62,216 bases of DNA, filler included, from Globobulimina sp. (GCA_003354225.1; 14 parts of 14 records of this genome joined end to end with filler, not necessarily neighbours in it), one strand, 5' to 3'; positions 46,612 to 60,185 are shown, numbered from the whole stretch's first letter. Notes: a model not told the origin generated them from the sequence alone. Program-made: numbers and translations.

Positions 46612-48874
46612 TCAAAAATTAGCCACTTTAACAGATTCTTTTATTTCTTGAATAAAGACAGCAACGTCCACAGGAAAAGATTTATCTTTAGCTAAGGTTC
46701 TTAATTTGGTTTTATTATGACTTAAATCTAAATTTTTCAACGCAGAATATTTTTTATTTAATTGCCATCCAATAACAATCGCACAAAATCCATTTTTATC
46801 AATTCTATTATGACTTAAATCAATTTCAGTCAATGCTACATTTTGGGATAACATTTTTCCAATGGCTTTTGCGCCGGAATCGCCAATCACATTATTATCC
46901 AAAATTAATTCTTTCAATGAATCATTTTCAGCCAAAGCCTTTGCTAAATACTGACAACCAATGGATCCAATATTACAATTTGATAAATATAACCTTTGCA
47001 AGCAATATAACGATTTCTGATGCCGTAAAAATACATTTTTATCAATGGGTATCGAATTTTTTATTTTTTTCCAGTCGGTAACTTTTTGAAAATGTCTCAA
47101 TAATTTCTGTAAACAAAGGTTTAATGAATTTATACCATCTTCAGATACCAAAGTTGTATCAATCAATGTCGATAACTTTTCATGATAATCAATATAATCC
47201 CAAATATACTGCTCATGCAACGATGCCAATAATTTACTTAAACGATAATATAATAATTCATCGGCAGGATGTAATAGCAATGTTTGCGAAGCATTTAAAA
47301 AGGCACTTAAAAAATTGTCGTGGCATCAGTCAAATGGACAGAGCATGCAAGCAATATATCACATTATCACTACATACCTTAAATATAAACATCCATTGTC
47401 ACTAAATTCAACACTAGAAAATGTTATCGATTTTAATTTTGATTTGTTTGCCAATACACGAAAAAACAACATTTTCTCAGAATTACTCATTGAAATCCAC
47501 TCAAAGTCCGCATCAAATATAACTTTGTGCGTTTTCGATATCTTCATTTCTTTATACTTTCCGCGAATATAATACCCATTCAATTGTCCCATGAATACTT
47601 TTGCTCTTTCAATGTAATAACTTTTTATCTTTTCAATCTCGCGATAATTTGTAAAGAAATGGCCAGCATAAATGATCGGAAACGTATACTTTACATTGGC
47701 TGTACTGGCACCGTTATTAAATTGATTCAACACCGACGCAATGATGGAATTGATGCGTTCTTCGATAATGCAATACTGCACACTCGAGACTTGACTCGCA
47801 AACTCCAGCACGGAGTCCAATAACATCCATTGATTATTGGTCAAAAACACCGACGATTTGCATATTTTGGTCAAGTGTTGAAATAGCACTTCTCTCTCAT
47901 CCAACTCATACAAAATGTGATCAAACTGTGGTAATATCCGTAAAATTTGACTCCGTTCTTTGCGTAAATTTTTCGCTTTTTTCTTCGTTCGAATTCCAAC
48001 ATTATCATCGAAATCGTCATTGGCCATTTTTTCTTCATCTTCGTCCGTTATAATCAAGAAATTTGTTGCAGTGAAAAAAGCTGATCAATGTAAAAACGTT
48101 CAAAACAAAGCCAGTCTGTGTTGCGGAGCACTTTCTATAAATAAAATGACGCAGACTTAACTAGTGACAGTCAACAAGGCCGCGCTCCAAGTAATTATCA
48201 GAGGATCTTGAGATTGCCGAAATACATTCAAACACGTTTTATGCGCTTCGCGTAGGAATTTTAAACATTTGGCAGACGATTCGACATCTTCCACCGTGAC
48301 ATTGGCGGCAGATTTCAAGTCACTGATAACATCCAACAACGGCTGGGACAAATTCTCCAATATATGCTTGTAATTAAATTTTGCATTGATGGAAGCAAGG
48401 ATTTTATTTCCAATCTCATTTTCTGTCTTGATGTTAATTATCGGCTCTTCGCATTCCAACCGTTCCAAATTTAATATGACATTTTGCAACACGGCATGCC
48501 ATTGCTCAAACAATTGCGATTCGGATTTGGTTGCTAAAAATATAAATGGTCGGTTTTGTGGTGAAAATATTGTTTCTTCTTCTTTTATTTCTTCCTTTTC
48601 GTCGTCTTTACCATCTTCCATATCAACTTTGAGCACAATCATTTTTTCTTCTTCCTCGTTTTTTTCTTCTTCTATTGGTTGTGTCTCGTTATCTTCTTCT
48701 TTGATAATACTGTCATGCTTTAAAAATGGAGCATTTTCATCCAATTCAGTCTCAGTTTTGACAGCGATGTCCGTTGCCTTTGCTGCAGGTTCTCTCGTTT
48801 TCTTTTTTGATCGTGGAGTTAGTAATTTTTCTTGTTGAGCAATTTGTTGTTGTTTCTCTGCTTCTGACTCAGAG
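46612..48874 (-). CDS. Multi-exon RI-like leucine-rich-repeat protein (5'-truncated)
   Basis: LYLSNCNIGSIGCQYLAKAL.ENDSLKELILDNNVIGDSGAKAIG.ML..N..LTEIDLSHN. ORFs 48157-48744, 47359-48057 and 46612-47280 are separated by short intron-like gaps. Confidence 0.8.
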
Positions 48875-49034
48875 NNNNNNNNNNNNNNNNNNNNNNNNNN
48901 NNNNNNNNNNNNNNNNNNTTAATTAATTAANNNNNNNNNNNNNNNNNNNNNNNNNNNNNNNNNNNNNNNNNNNNTGCTGGTTATTATATTTGTACATGTT
49001 TATAGTTTAATATTTTGACAATTACAAGTTATTA

Positions 49035-50284
49035 TTACATTTCTTCATCACTATCATCAATATCCTCCGGCTCTTCATCACTTTCATCACTTTCATCTTC
49101 CTCTTCATCGTCAGAACTATCAAACTCTAATTCCAACTCTTCAATGCGTTCCAACAACGCTCTACAATCTGTAGTATGCTTTTTTTGCATTCTTTTTAAT
49201 TTCAATCCCATATTATTTACTTTATCCGACAAATCTCGATTTGAAAAATTCACCATGTCCAAATGTAAAACCATCAGCGATTCCATATGTTCTTTTTCGT
49301 CCTTCCTCCTAAATGTCCCCGGACAGCCATAAATGTGATAGGTGCATACTATCATAGTCTCCAAACATTCATCAAGATGTTGTATATATTGCTCTCTTCT
49401 TATTCTTAGTCCGCACTCACTACAATTTATCATGGCATTGGGACAGAAATAGATATGCATGGCAGACTCGTTCCGTATCATTAATTGGAAGCAATCCCCA
49501 CATTGAATAGTATGCTCCGCACAAATATCAGTATGTTCCTGTAACTCTGAGAATGGTCCGATCCATTCACATAATGTAACTTGTCGAGCATTGTCAGTAA
49601 TGTTACTTGTATCAGTTTCGCTGTTTTTATTTTCAATATTATTTTCGTTTCTGTTTTTTAATTATATGTTGTTTCTGAACGAAAATCTACAAAAAGTACA
49701 ACAGAAACGCATTACCTTTCGCGTGATCTGGACCTTGACCGTGATCTCGATGCACTGTTTTCCCTTTTTTTGTTATGATTGTGATTGTGATTGGCATTGT
49801 TTGTATGAGAGAGTTGAGCAATATCGAGATGCGGATCAATATCAACTCTCAAATTTCCAGATTGCTGTAAATATAATGCTTTTTGTTGCGTAATTTGGTG
49901 ATTCGGACATCGTGTTAACAATGATCCTATCAGACGATCAATGAATTTATTTCTTCGGATAAGTAGGATAGCGCATTCTGAAAGTAATGAGTTTCATTTA
50001 TGCAATTTTTATGTATCCATATAATAAATATATCACATACGTGTTCTGCAGGATGGACATTCAATAACATTTGAATTTTGTCGCCTTACTCGCCTGATTA
50101 ACTGATCAATGCAATCTTCACAGAAATGATGATTATCGCACACTTGAACTGTGTTTTTGATGGTATATAAACATATTCCACATTTAAAGTCTGCTGCGGT
50201 TTTGGGCTCAATGAATGTGACTGTGTTTGCTAAATCTATCCTATGCAACACCTTGTTGCCGGTGGTCTTGACGCGAGCTGACAT
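49035..50284 (-). CDS. RING finger + TRAF-type zinc-finger protein, three exons
   Basis: C3HC4 RING CGIC...CDNHHFCEDC...CPSC, CEWIG, repeated C..C...H...C fingers, then a coiled coil and acidic tail. Confidence 0.85.
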
Positions 50285-50338
50285 GGTTTGTACTTAAAAA
50301 CTTATTATCAGCTAATAAAGTTTTTGTGATTGCGCAGT

Positions 50339-50620
50339 ATGTCGAATGCAAGACAGAGAACATTATTTAGTATGGGTAGATTAGGCGAAGCCTACATGAA
50401 ATGCAGAGTGGAAGGGATGGCCTATGGCAAATGTATGAGCATTGCATCGAATCTGGTCGTTGAAAAGGGTTGTTGTGATAAAGACTTTCAAAGATTAAAA
50501 CACTGCGTAACGATACAGGTTCTAATTCATTTACATATATACGAATAGAATAATAATAATGAAAAATTACGTACATTATTAATTAATAATTAGTTACGCA
50601 AATCTCGAATCAAGAAATGA
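50339..50620 (+). CDS. NDUFAF8: Twin CX9C mitochondrial protein, NDUFAF8-like (intron 50519-50593)
   Basis: KCRVEGMAYGKC...KGCCDKDFQRLKHC shows the C-x9-C twin motif and the AYG.C signature. Confidence 0.7.
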
Positions 50621-50758
50621 CGCATATCCTTGCACACAAAAAACAAACAGACTGCATACAGTAAGTAATTCATTGTCATATTGTACACTTGAAACACTAT
50701 GATAGAAATTAAAATAGCTATATTGTAATACTTGTATTGAGTTGTTTTGTCAACAAAA

Positions 50759-52035
50759 CTAACTCCAAACTCTAATATTATGGTCCCATGAGCCAGTCGC
50801 AAATGCGCGCCCAGAACAATTTAAATCAAGACAAGAGACTCTATGCTTCAATAAATGATGGAATGTCTGAGTAGCAGTGCCAGATAACGTACTCCATGCG
50901 ATCATATATGGCGGGTCGTCATATCCAGTGAGTAAATATTTGCCGGATTTGGTGAATTTAAGTGAAGTAATACCACAATTCACATTTTGCGAGCCATAGG
51001 ATTTTAATTCCCTATAAGCGCGCGTATCAAATAATTTTGCAGATTTATCATCAGAGCCAGTCGCAAAAGCATATCCATCTGGGAACCAATCGCAACAATT
51101 GACGTCTTCTTTATGTCCGGTAAAATTACCTATACACTTATTACTGTTGCGTACATCCCATATTTTGGCCGTATTATCGCATGACACCGATACAAATACA
51201 CCTCGTTCTTCCTGCAATGCCACGCTCATCACATCCGCTGTATATATTATTATAACGTTTCAGCTTCAAACCAGAAAAAATTAGTTTCAAACCAAAAAAA
51301 ATCAGTTTCAAACTAACAAAAATCAGTTTGAAAGAAAAAAAATTAGTTTGAAACCGAAATCACATGGAAATGAGCACAAATTTCTGTTATAAAATGATTT
51401 TCTATGCGAATTTGCGTATTAATGTGGAGCAAACCTGTATGATCCATAAAATGTGCGACCGGTTGTCCTTTCTCAATATCCCATAGCAACAACGTCGAGT
51501 CGCCAGACGAAGAAATAACATGTGAATCATCCAAAAAACGGATACATGAAATATATCCTTCATGTTGTTCTAATTCGTAAAAAGGTTCAATTTTTTTATG
51601 ACTGCCCGTTCCCGATCCATAGCTTTGGGAATATTCATTTAATCGATATATAGACACTTTATTATCCAATCCACCGCAGGCTACATATGTACTGACGGGC
51701 GAATAGGCGCAGGTCATAACCCAGGCCGATTTGAGTGGAATGGCAATCAATTTATTCTCAGTATGGCCGTTCCAAACCATTAATTTTCCATCTTGCGAGG
51801 CTGAGCATATTCCCGTTTCGTTGTTTAATGACCAATGGATGGCATATATTTTGCCATAATGACCTTGCAAGGTTCTGCGAACTCGAAAATCTGAGCGAAC
51901 TCTTTTTTGACTGAATGCGGTCTGAAAGGAGTCGTGTTGCAGTTGGTGTCTCTTTTTCGAGACTTGTTCTTGCAATTCTTCGCATGCTTGTAAACATTCT
52001 TTATATACAATATTTAGCATATGCCGATCCGACAT
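50759..52035 (-). CDS. GNB1: Heterotrimeric G-protein beta subunit (intron ~51238-51434)
   Basis: RRTLQGHYGKIYAIHW, SASQDGKL.VW, WVMTCAYSP, HEGYISC.RF, FATGSDD and ATGSWD. Confidence 0.95.
51259..51355. repeat. ~20-bp tandem repeat (AAAAAT[CT]AGTTT[CG]AAAC) x4-5 inside the G-beta intron
   Basis: Seen directly. It makes this intron about 200 nt, versus about 60 nt for most others. Confidence 0.75.
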
Positions 52036-52171
52036 GGTCCCTTTGCTTTGATGTTTTTACTGTGTTTTTTTAAGCTATTTTGGTTATATCTATCATTTTC
52101 AAAATAGAAATAGTTAATTTACCGTCAACAGAAACGTTCACACATCAAAGTCCAAAGCACAAATAACTGTT

Positions 52172-53300
52172 CTATCGGATACCTGCCGCTGTATCATCAT
52201 GAGTTTGCATTTGAATTTCCGTTTCGATTTCTTGCTCTTTGATGAAGTCTGCCTCACCTTTCTCGCATCCACATAAACTCCTTAATAATTCTACATCCAT
52301 GCTCCTTATTTCTGGCGTCAACCCATAAGCAATACCATCACAAAAACCAATAAGAGGCTCGAATATAAAATGTAACACAGCCAAAGCAAATGGCGCATGT
52401 CCTTTGTTAATGTGTGTTTTTTATGCAAACACTAAACAGAGCACAAACCATCAACAATATCATCGGTAATTCTTCGTATTGATGCAAAAAAATAACATAC
52501 TATCAAAATCATAGGATAATACTTCATCCTTTGTAAAGTATTATTTTTTCTTCGTTCATGTTTAACTTGTGTTTCTTCTTCATTTTGGTGTTCCTGATCC
52601 GGTGTAACTGTAACTGTAACATCCACCGTCGATGATTGGTTTATTTGTTGTTTAAGATTAATTGCTTCAGCCACCGGTCTTAATTTATTCCAAACTTTTA
52701 CATAAATATATATCATATAAGCGATGCTTATCCATAATGGTATATAAAATGTAGTATATCTCCATACTGAATCAATAGGTTTTTCTTTTTTAATCCAACA
52801 CCAACCACCAGCTACACCGTAAGAACTTGTTGTTAACGGTAATATTGTTGTTATTACGGCCAAACTCCAGATAATAATATGCATTTTTTTTAGTAAAGTA
52901 TTTAATTCTTTTTTTATAGGGACTTTAGTTAATTTTGTTATGTGATGTATAGTCCACGAAATTGCAACAACCCAACATAGACTCGCATTGTCTCCAAATT
53001 GCTTTGTCATTGCTTGGAGAGTGCATCCAAAACCTTGTTAAGTTATTTGCTATCTATTTGTATACAGTGTGTAGTGTATACATAAACATTGCATACCAGC
53101 TTCATCTGTTGGAACAACGCTACCAACCGCATCAACTAAATCAGTAATAGCGACCCATACTAATAATTTGAAAGCAAAATTGCTTTGTAAGGATTTGAAA
53201 ATGCAGAAATTTAATACAATGAATAATGAACCAATTGCAGACAATACACTGCCAGTGATGATGATAGAGGTTAGTGTATCAACTTGATTTGGTGTATAAT
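52172..53300 (-). CDS. cAMP-receptor-like / GCR1-type 7TM GPCR, multi-exon
   Basis: SAIGSLFIV, FKLLVWVAITDL, C.LQA...QFG..ASLCW, YGVAGGWCWI, WRY..FYIPLW, RMKYYP.IL..C.FFASIRR and GFCDGIAYG. Confidence 0.9.
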
Positions 53301-53422
53301 AAACTATGCTGTGTTAATGTAGNNNNNNNNNNNNNNNNNNNNNNNNNNNNNNNNNNNNNNNNNNNNTTAATTAATTAANNNNNNNNNNNNNNNNNNNNNN
53401 NNNNNNNNNNNNNNNNNNNNNN

Positions 53423-54010
53423 GTGTAAAATTGTCGATCACCATTAATCTGAGTAACCCTAATAAGGCTGAGTACAGAGTTTTGTGAACTGTCTATGACG
53501 CATAATTTTTGATTGAAAACATATGAAAATAATTAGGGCGGCGCAACTTCCCGAACCAACTCGCCTAACATGGGTAAAATGTAAAAATGTCTACAGTCGT
53601 TGTTAAAACTAACCGGTTCATTGTAAAATTTATCGTTTTATATGTATTCCGGTCTGTATTAGGCCTGCCTCATCTATAAATTTACAGTCGAAACGTTAAT
53701 TAGTCCTGCGCTACATCGTTGCCGTGACGACTGAGACGGTGTCAAGGGTGTGTACCAATGGGGAAATTTACGGTCAAAGCATACACGTGTAGGGAATTTA
53801 CGGTCAATGCATACGATTACACAGTCGATGCATAAAGTGATGCCTGATATATTAAATGTCCACACCTGAGGCATGAAATAGATGATGCCACGCGCTTGAA
53901 ATAGAAATTAGAAGAATGTATAACCTTTGGCCTCAATTCGTCACGTGTAAAATTGTCGATCGCCATTAATCAGAGTAACCCTACTAAGGGCTGAGTACAG
54001 AGTGTTGTGT
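53423..54010. repeat. ~65-bp direct repeats 523 bp apart
   Basis: GTGTAAAATTGTCGATC.CCATTAATC.GAGTAACCCTA..AAGG.CTGAGTACAGAGT at 53423 and 53946. Confidence 0.8.
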
Positions 54011-55694
54011 ACTAAGCACTAATCTGCGCGAGACACACACCGCTTATACTAAATATAGAATACATCGGAATAGATGTTGCATGAAACATAATATACCTCT
54101 CACACCTAAATAGATGCAGCCTGACACATATTATAATAAGTTTAAAAAAACTAAGATATATCTATAACCGGTCAATATTAATTGGGTCGAGCTGGAAATT
54201 AAAACTCAAAAATCAAAATTATAGATTTCGTACCGGGGAAATAAGCAGATATCCAATTTTTACTGAAAAAGTTATACCTTTTTAACTCGACCAATATTAA
54301 ATGGTTCGAGCTGAAAATTAAAACATAAAAATTTGAAATTTTCAATTTCGGACCGAAAAAATAAGTTCTACAAGTTGACTGAAAATGTACGCTATTTTTA
54401 ATAATCACTAAGTTTGATTCGAAAAGTTCTCCAAAAAAAAACGCTCTATGTTCAGAGGTCAAAAAGCAACGGTTAGATGGTATTTCGAGACCAGGTAAGA
54501 TGTTAATAATGTTGTCAAACACCCATATTTTATGAATACTTATCAATTTCTAACCCAATCTAATCACAATATACGTTCCTGCCAGATCAGAAATTCTCTA
54601 AACAGGTCATCCTGTCTCTACGTTGAAGGATAGGCGGAACAGGTTATTAAATCATCTAATTTGGCCAACAAGGCTCTAACGGGATATTGCAACAGTAGAG
54701 ACATATTTTACGTAAACAATAGTCGCTGTGCTGCGGTTTGAGTTTGGTTGTAAATGGACATAAATACAATTTGACAAATTTCCCCATGATAAGGCTTATG
54801 TGTAATCCCAAGCAGAATGCTAAATTTTATCTCTGTACACAAATCTATTACTCAGTCAATAATATCCGATTGGGCTGAAAATTAAAATTTAACCATATTA
54901 CGAATTTGGATTTGGAAGCACCGTAAAATTGAATTTACGGTCTTTTAATTTACGGTCCAACTGTAAATTGTAATTTATAGCCTGGAAAAAAACCCCTAAA
55001 TTGGATAAATTGAGTTTCAAATCTCAGCCCGATCTGGTTAAAATTGGCCAAGTTACAGAGATATTCTGGAATTGTACACATAGCGGATAGGTATCCGGAT
55101 TCTTTCTAAGGTTTATGGTAAGGCCATGCATCGATGAGGTAAAATGTTATTAATGTTCTCAGTAAGCCTTATTATATGAATATCAATAAATTTATTACCC
55201 CCCACTAGCGGCAATATACGTTTCTGACAGTTTAACAATGTTACAAACATTGTTGGTTGCCCCTACGTCTATCTAAGATAGGCGACTTAAACACACACAC
55301 ATACCATGTTTTCACTTAATAATAAGTCAGAACCGGTACACAATAGAGAAATGCATTTTCTAAAGTAACAATACATTTTGACCCATTATTGATTGAAATG
55401 TTATTTATAATGGTTTAGAAAACGATACTTTAGTAGGATTATTTATGTTATGTATGAGAGCGTCAGTGGAATAGACAACCCCGACAGGTCTAAGTGTATC
55501 CCAAACAGAACGCCAAATTTTATCTGACGAAGATTCTCGAACTTTACCATTTATCTGTATAGGTATGTTTTTCATACAAAACTGAATCTAATCACTTAGT
55601 TTTTGGAAAAAAATATGTTTAAACTGGTTATTATTATTATTACCATGTTCATGGTATCTGCTACATGGAAGTTTTTAACAGTGTATTAATCCCA

Positions 55695-56200
55695 TTTTTA
55701 TGAAAATATATTAATAGGGGGTCCTGACACGAAAACTATACGTTTTATAGCTAAGGTATAAAATTGTAATTTAAGGGTTATCGAGTATCCTCAATTCATT
55801 TATGATAATGAAATATAGTAATCTTGCGTCCTGACATGAAAACTAAACGTTTTCTAGCTAAGGTATAAAATTATCATTAATGTGGTAATCGAGTATCCTC
55901 AATTCAGTTATGATAATGAAAATACTGTAATATAGGTCCTACCGCGAAAACTAAACCGTTTTATAGATAAGGTATGAAATTATCATTTACGCCTAATCAA
56001 GTATCGTTAATTCATTTATTATAATGAAAATACAGTGATATTGATCCTGACACGGAAACTAACAGTTTTATAGCTAAGGTATAAATTAACATTAATGCGG
56101 TAATTGAGTATCTCAATTCATTTATGATAATGAAAATACAGTAATATTTGGGCCTGGCACGAAAACTATACCTTTTAAAGCTAAGGTATAAATTATCGTG
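55695..56200. repeat. Satellite-like tandem repeat, ~107-bp unit, ~4.5 diverged copies
   Basis: Unit starts (TCCTGACACGAAAACTA-like) at 55722, 55829, 55937, 56045 and 56152. Confidence 0.9.
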
Positions 56201-56225
56201 TATGATAATAGAGTGTAAGGGGTAG

Positions 56226-56465
56226 TTTTAGGCCTATACTTTGTGTGTAATCAGTGATGTCACAGTTACAGGGATTTTTTTTTTAGGCCTATACTTTGTG
56301 TGTAATCTGAGACGTAATTTCAGGGGATTTACAGGGATTTTACTAATTAAGGGATTTTTACAGGGATTTTAAGGCCTATACTTTGTGTGTAATCTGTAAC
56401 GTCACACTTAAAGGGGATTCTAAATACAAAGTATAGGAGGACTATACTTTGTACACGATCTGTTG
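56226..56465. repeat. Second repeat array, core AGGCCTATACTTTGTGTGTAATC x3-4 with CAGGGATTT spacers
   Basis: Core at ~56230, ~56285 and ~56372, with a degenerate copy at ~56438. Confidence 0.8.
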
Positions 56466-56994
56466 AGGTTAAGTTAAGATAGACAAGATTATCCTTAAGG
56501 CCCGACACACCATTTTGTAATATTTTTAGATGAATGTATTTAACAATCATGCACTCGTTCTGAACTGATGAATAATGTTGTGTGATAATTAGATTAACGA
56601 GACCGTTTGTTCAGTCAACAATCTTATTTCGGTCATACACTAAATAAATCGAAGAATTTATACATATTTTGGCGAAATAGTGATTCGGGAAATATAAATT
56701 ATAGATCGGGCGTCGAATCTAGCTACCTACAGATTCCGATGTACAGACCAATTGTTATAACTGTAATACACCTTACCCGAACTGATGAATGTAGACGGCT
56801 TTAATGCTACAATGGCTAAAGTTGTAATAACTAACTAACTGCGTAGAATAGAGCTTTAAAGAAGATTTAAAAAAGCGAGAAACACTGTAGTAGAAGTGTA
56901 AGGGCATAGCCGAGGGTGTGCCAAGCCGCCATGGCACACTATAATTTTGAGACGTTGAAGTAATTTAATATACATATATATACATGTTATTAAA

Positions 56995-57750
56995 GAACGA
57001 AACAGAAAAATATTTATAATTACTTACCCATACTCGGAGTTGGACCAGGCACGTTTTAATTTTGAGACTTGAAGGTGATTTACCTATATGTAACGGACGA
57101 AACAGAAAAAAACATTTATACTTACTTATACTTTAAAAGCAGACGATGAAATCTATAGAAATTGAGAGTAGACGCCGTTAATGGGATTTCAATAGCAATC
57201 CGCCATCAAACGGCGACTACTCTTTAACTCCAATAGAATAAATTGTTTCAGGGTAATGTTTCGTACTAGGGAGGGTACGATGCTAACAACGTGATAGGGG
57301 GAGGAGGTACAAGAAATCGGATATGGAGGGTGGCGAAGTCAGACGTACATAATGCAGGTTACAGTATATAAAAGAAAGGGTACCAGCATACATACTGTAG
57401 GGGCTGATTTTATTTTAGGAGTTAGAGCTGAGCACACTTTAAAATACAGTATCCGGGGTTCACGAACACCGTACTCTTCGACACAAGTTATAAAAAACCT
57501 GGCACGCCCATGAAGCGGGCATAGCACACAGCAATTGCAGACGTCGAGAAATTTAATATGCCAACGTTATTACGGACGAAACAAAAACATTTATACTTAC
57601 TTGCCCATACTTTAAAAAAACAGATGATGAAAGCTATAGAAATTGAAGCGGTGGAGGATTACGGGGTTTCGAAGTCAGACATGCACAATCTGTACGGTTA
57701 TAAGGGAAAGGGTAGCAGCATACATAATGTAGAGCCTGATTTAATCTGAC
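56995..57750. repeat. Diverged duplicated blocks
   Basis: ACGGACGAAACA.AAACATTTATACTTAC..CTTTAAAA.CAGA.GATGAAA.CTATAGAAATTGA at ~57092 and ~57572. GTCAGAC..AAGGGTA.CAGCATACATA.TGTAG at ~57338 and ~57674. Confidence 0.7.
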
Positions 57751-57869
57751 GAAGGAACGAGTAAATAAGNNNNNNNNNNNNNNNNNNNNNNNNNNNNNNN
57801 NNNNNNNNNNNNNTTAATTAATTAANNNNNNNNNNNNNNNNNNNNNNNNNNNNNNNNNNNNNNNNNNNN

Positions 57870-58208
57870 GGCATGATGACCTGGAGGTCGCACAAGAGCA
57901 AAGCCCCTGTCAACCTCCTTGTCAAGGATGGCCCTGGCAATCCTTAAGGCTCCTCCGGCAGAAATCATATGAGATTCAGTGACAACACTCATTACATCAG
58001 GAAAACAAAAATGAGTCCGCATAACGTCCAACTCCGTTGTCAGGTCAGGCTTGAATTCAACAATGCCGTCAATATCAAAGACACCCTCCTCTTTCAACTG
58101 GTCCTGAGTATACAACAGCCTCTCTTCCCTTTCTGGATGGCCCGGACTTATTGCCCAGTCAAAGGCCGGAAAAAAAACCAGTCCCATTTTATTTTTAGTC
58201 CTAATCAT
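57870..58208 (-). CDS. Bacterial histone-deacetylase-family (acetylpolyamine/AcuC-like) protein, 3'-truncated
   Basis: FFPAFDWAISPGHPEREERLLYT, SAGGA and GFALVRPPGHHA. SD GAGGA, with the start 9 nt after the upstream stop. Confidence 0.88.
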
Positions 58209-58217
58209 ATCATCCTC

Positions 58218-58360
58218 TTATTTATGAAAATTCATTACAACACCGGGTCTCACCTGGCACTTGACTCTGATGTCTTTACCGGAACCGGAATACCCTTCAA
58301 CCATATTGAATTCTAAAGACTCAATGATGTCAATTTCTCGTTCACCGGTTTCAACTTCAA
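58218..58360 (-). CDS. C-terminal tail of a bacterial hydantoinase/oxoprolinase-family-like protein, fused in frame to Prp4
   Basis: EIDIIESLEFNMVEG...GKDIRVKCQVRPG resembles the tail of proteins I recall lying upstream of such HDACs in anaerobes. Spacing to the HDAC is operon-like. The junction position is approximate. Confidence 0.55.
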
Positions 58361-60037
58361 ACTCATCCAACTGCTCAATGTCCTGATTTGCCCATAACTT
58401 CCACGTCTTATCATGGCTCGCAGTCACAATAAAACTGCTTTTCCCGTCAAGCCCGCCATCACTGATACACACATCCGAGATCCTGGAATGATGTCCTTTC
58501 ATTTCATGCGTCAACTTAAAGTTGTAACTGCCCCTTTCCTTCATACTCCAAATCCGCACCGTCTTATCAAACGACACAGACACTGCCCACTCTCCTTTCC
58601 CCCCTTCAAACGCCACCTCACTCACTAAATTATCATGCGCGGGGATCGTATACTCACTATGTTTCCTCAAATCCCATATCTTAATCGTATTATCCGTCGA
58701 GCACGACGCCATTATATAGCCATTCACATTGAAATCAACACCCAGCACACTCTTCGCGTGGCTGTCCCCGCCCCATATGGCTCGACCACTGCGCAGGTCC
58801 CATATCCTCACAATGCCGCCCAGATCGCCCGTACCAATCAGAGAGCCGTCCGGATGGAACGCACAGCAATGCACACTCGTGCTGTGTCCCGATTGTCGCA
58901 GCAAGACCACGTCCGATCTGTTGACGTCCCACAGAGACCAGCTGCGGTCATACGAAGTCGTAGCAAAGTAATCCCCCATCGGATGGAACGCGCATTTGCC
59001 CAATCTCTGGCGCCGGATATTGTGCTTTTTGTACTTGTTATCCGCAGTATACACATCGAAGACAGACAACTCTTCGCCGGCGGTGTTGTACAATTTGCAT
59101 AAACCGTCGGCTGAGCTGGAGATAAATTTCACATTCTCGAAGTCTGCGCTCGTCCCAGACCGGGAAGGCATGACCGCGAGCCCTGTGATGCGCTCTTCGT
59201 GCGCCTGGATGTTATTTTTCATGTCGCCGTGTTCGGTCCACACCGTAATATCGCCGCCTTGGTTGCCAAATAATATGCAATATTTGCCAGTGTTGTCGTC
59301 CTTGTTGGTGCCGTGTAGATAGTGGCTGATGGTGCAGCACTGCAAAGGACGCGAATTCTCGGATTTGTTGTAATAGGATGCTTGGCAGGTGAATGAGGAC
59401 AAGTTTTTCAGGTTTTTGAGTCGTTTGTTGGGTGGCAAGGCATCTTCGCGTTGCTTCAACTGTATACCGACCCGTTTGGCGGCTTTGGGCAAGGAGTATT
59501 TGAGGATTCGAGTGCGTGCCACGCCGAGCCAGGGATTGCCGGCGCTGAAGTATGGGCGGTCTGCGTTGATCTTTTCAGCTATAGTGGCCAGGTCAATTTC
59601 TAATTGTTTGCGGTCCTTTCGAAATTCGGGGATTTCTTGCCCCGAAGATATGATTTTAGCGATGAGGTCGCGTAGTCGGTCTCTTCTGTCTGCTGCCTGT
59701 GTTGAGAGAAGCGCAAGGATTTAAGTTGTTGTTTGGATAAGTTATAATTACATACATCTTCAGCAAAGAAACAGATTGGCTCTTTCAGAGCGCGTAGTCT
59801 TTGTTTTACTTCATTGTCGTCGGTGGGAACACGCAGATTTTGTTTTAATCTCTTTTCTTCTATGGATTTTAATAATGTTTGGTGCTTCTCTTGAGCTGCT
59901 TGAGCATGCGCACTCATTACTGTTATGTTAAAGTCATCGTTGTCATTCTCATTTTGTATGTTGATGTGTCCTGCGTCGATTCCTGCTTGTAAAGATTGTT
60001 GGGGATCTTCGATATCGATGTCAGTATCTGAGTCCAT
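58361..60037 (-). CDS. PRPF4: U4/U6 snRNP protein Prp4 (PRP4 motif + WD40), intron 59697-59755
   Basis: VPTDDNEVKQRLRALKEPICFFAED|AADRRDRLR, AR..I.KYSLPKA.KR, AFHPMG.Y..T.SYD.SW.LWD, RIWDLRSG and DKTWKLW. Confidence 0.93.
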
Positions 60038-60185
60038 GGTGAAGCAGCGTAGAAGTTTTTGAGTAGATAGTTAATTGAATTAAACGCCAAAGCAATTATG
60101 TTAATAGATGATTATTATAACAGACTGCATGAGTTTGCTGTGCATATGGAAATTCACAACAAAGTGTTTCTTCTCCTCGTACTTT

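Noticed and set aside
55695..56465. Tandem arrays as CRISPR
   Set aside because: Whole units are homologous and diverged, there are no unique equal-length spacers, and no cas genes are present.
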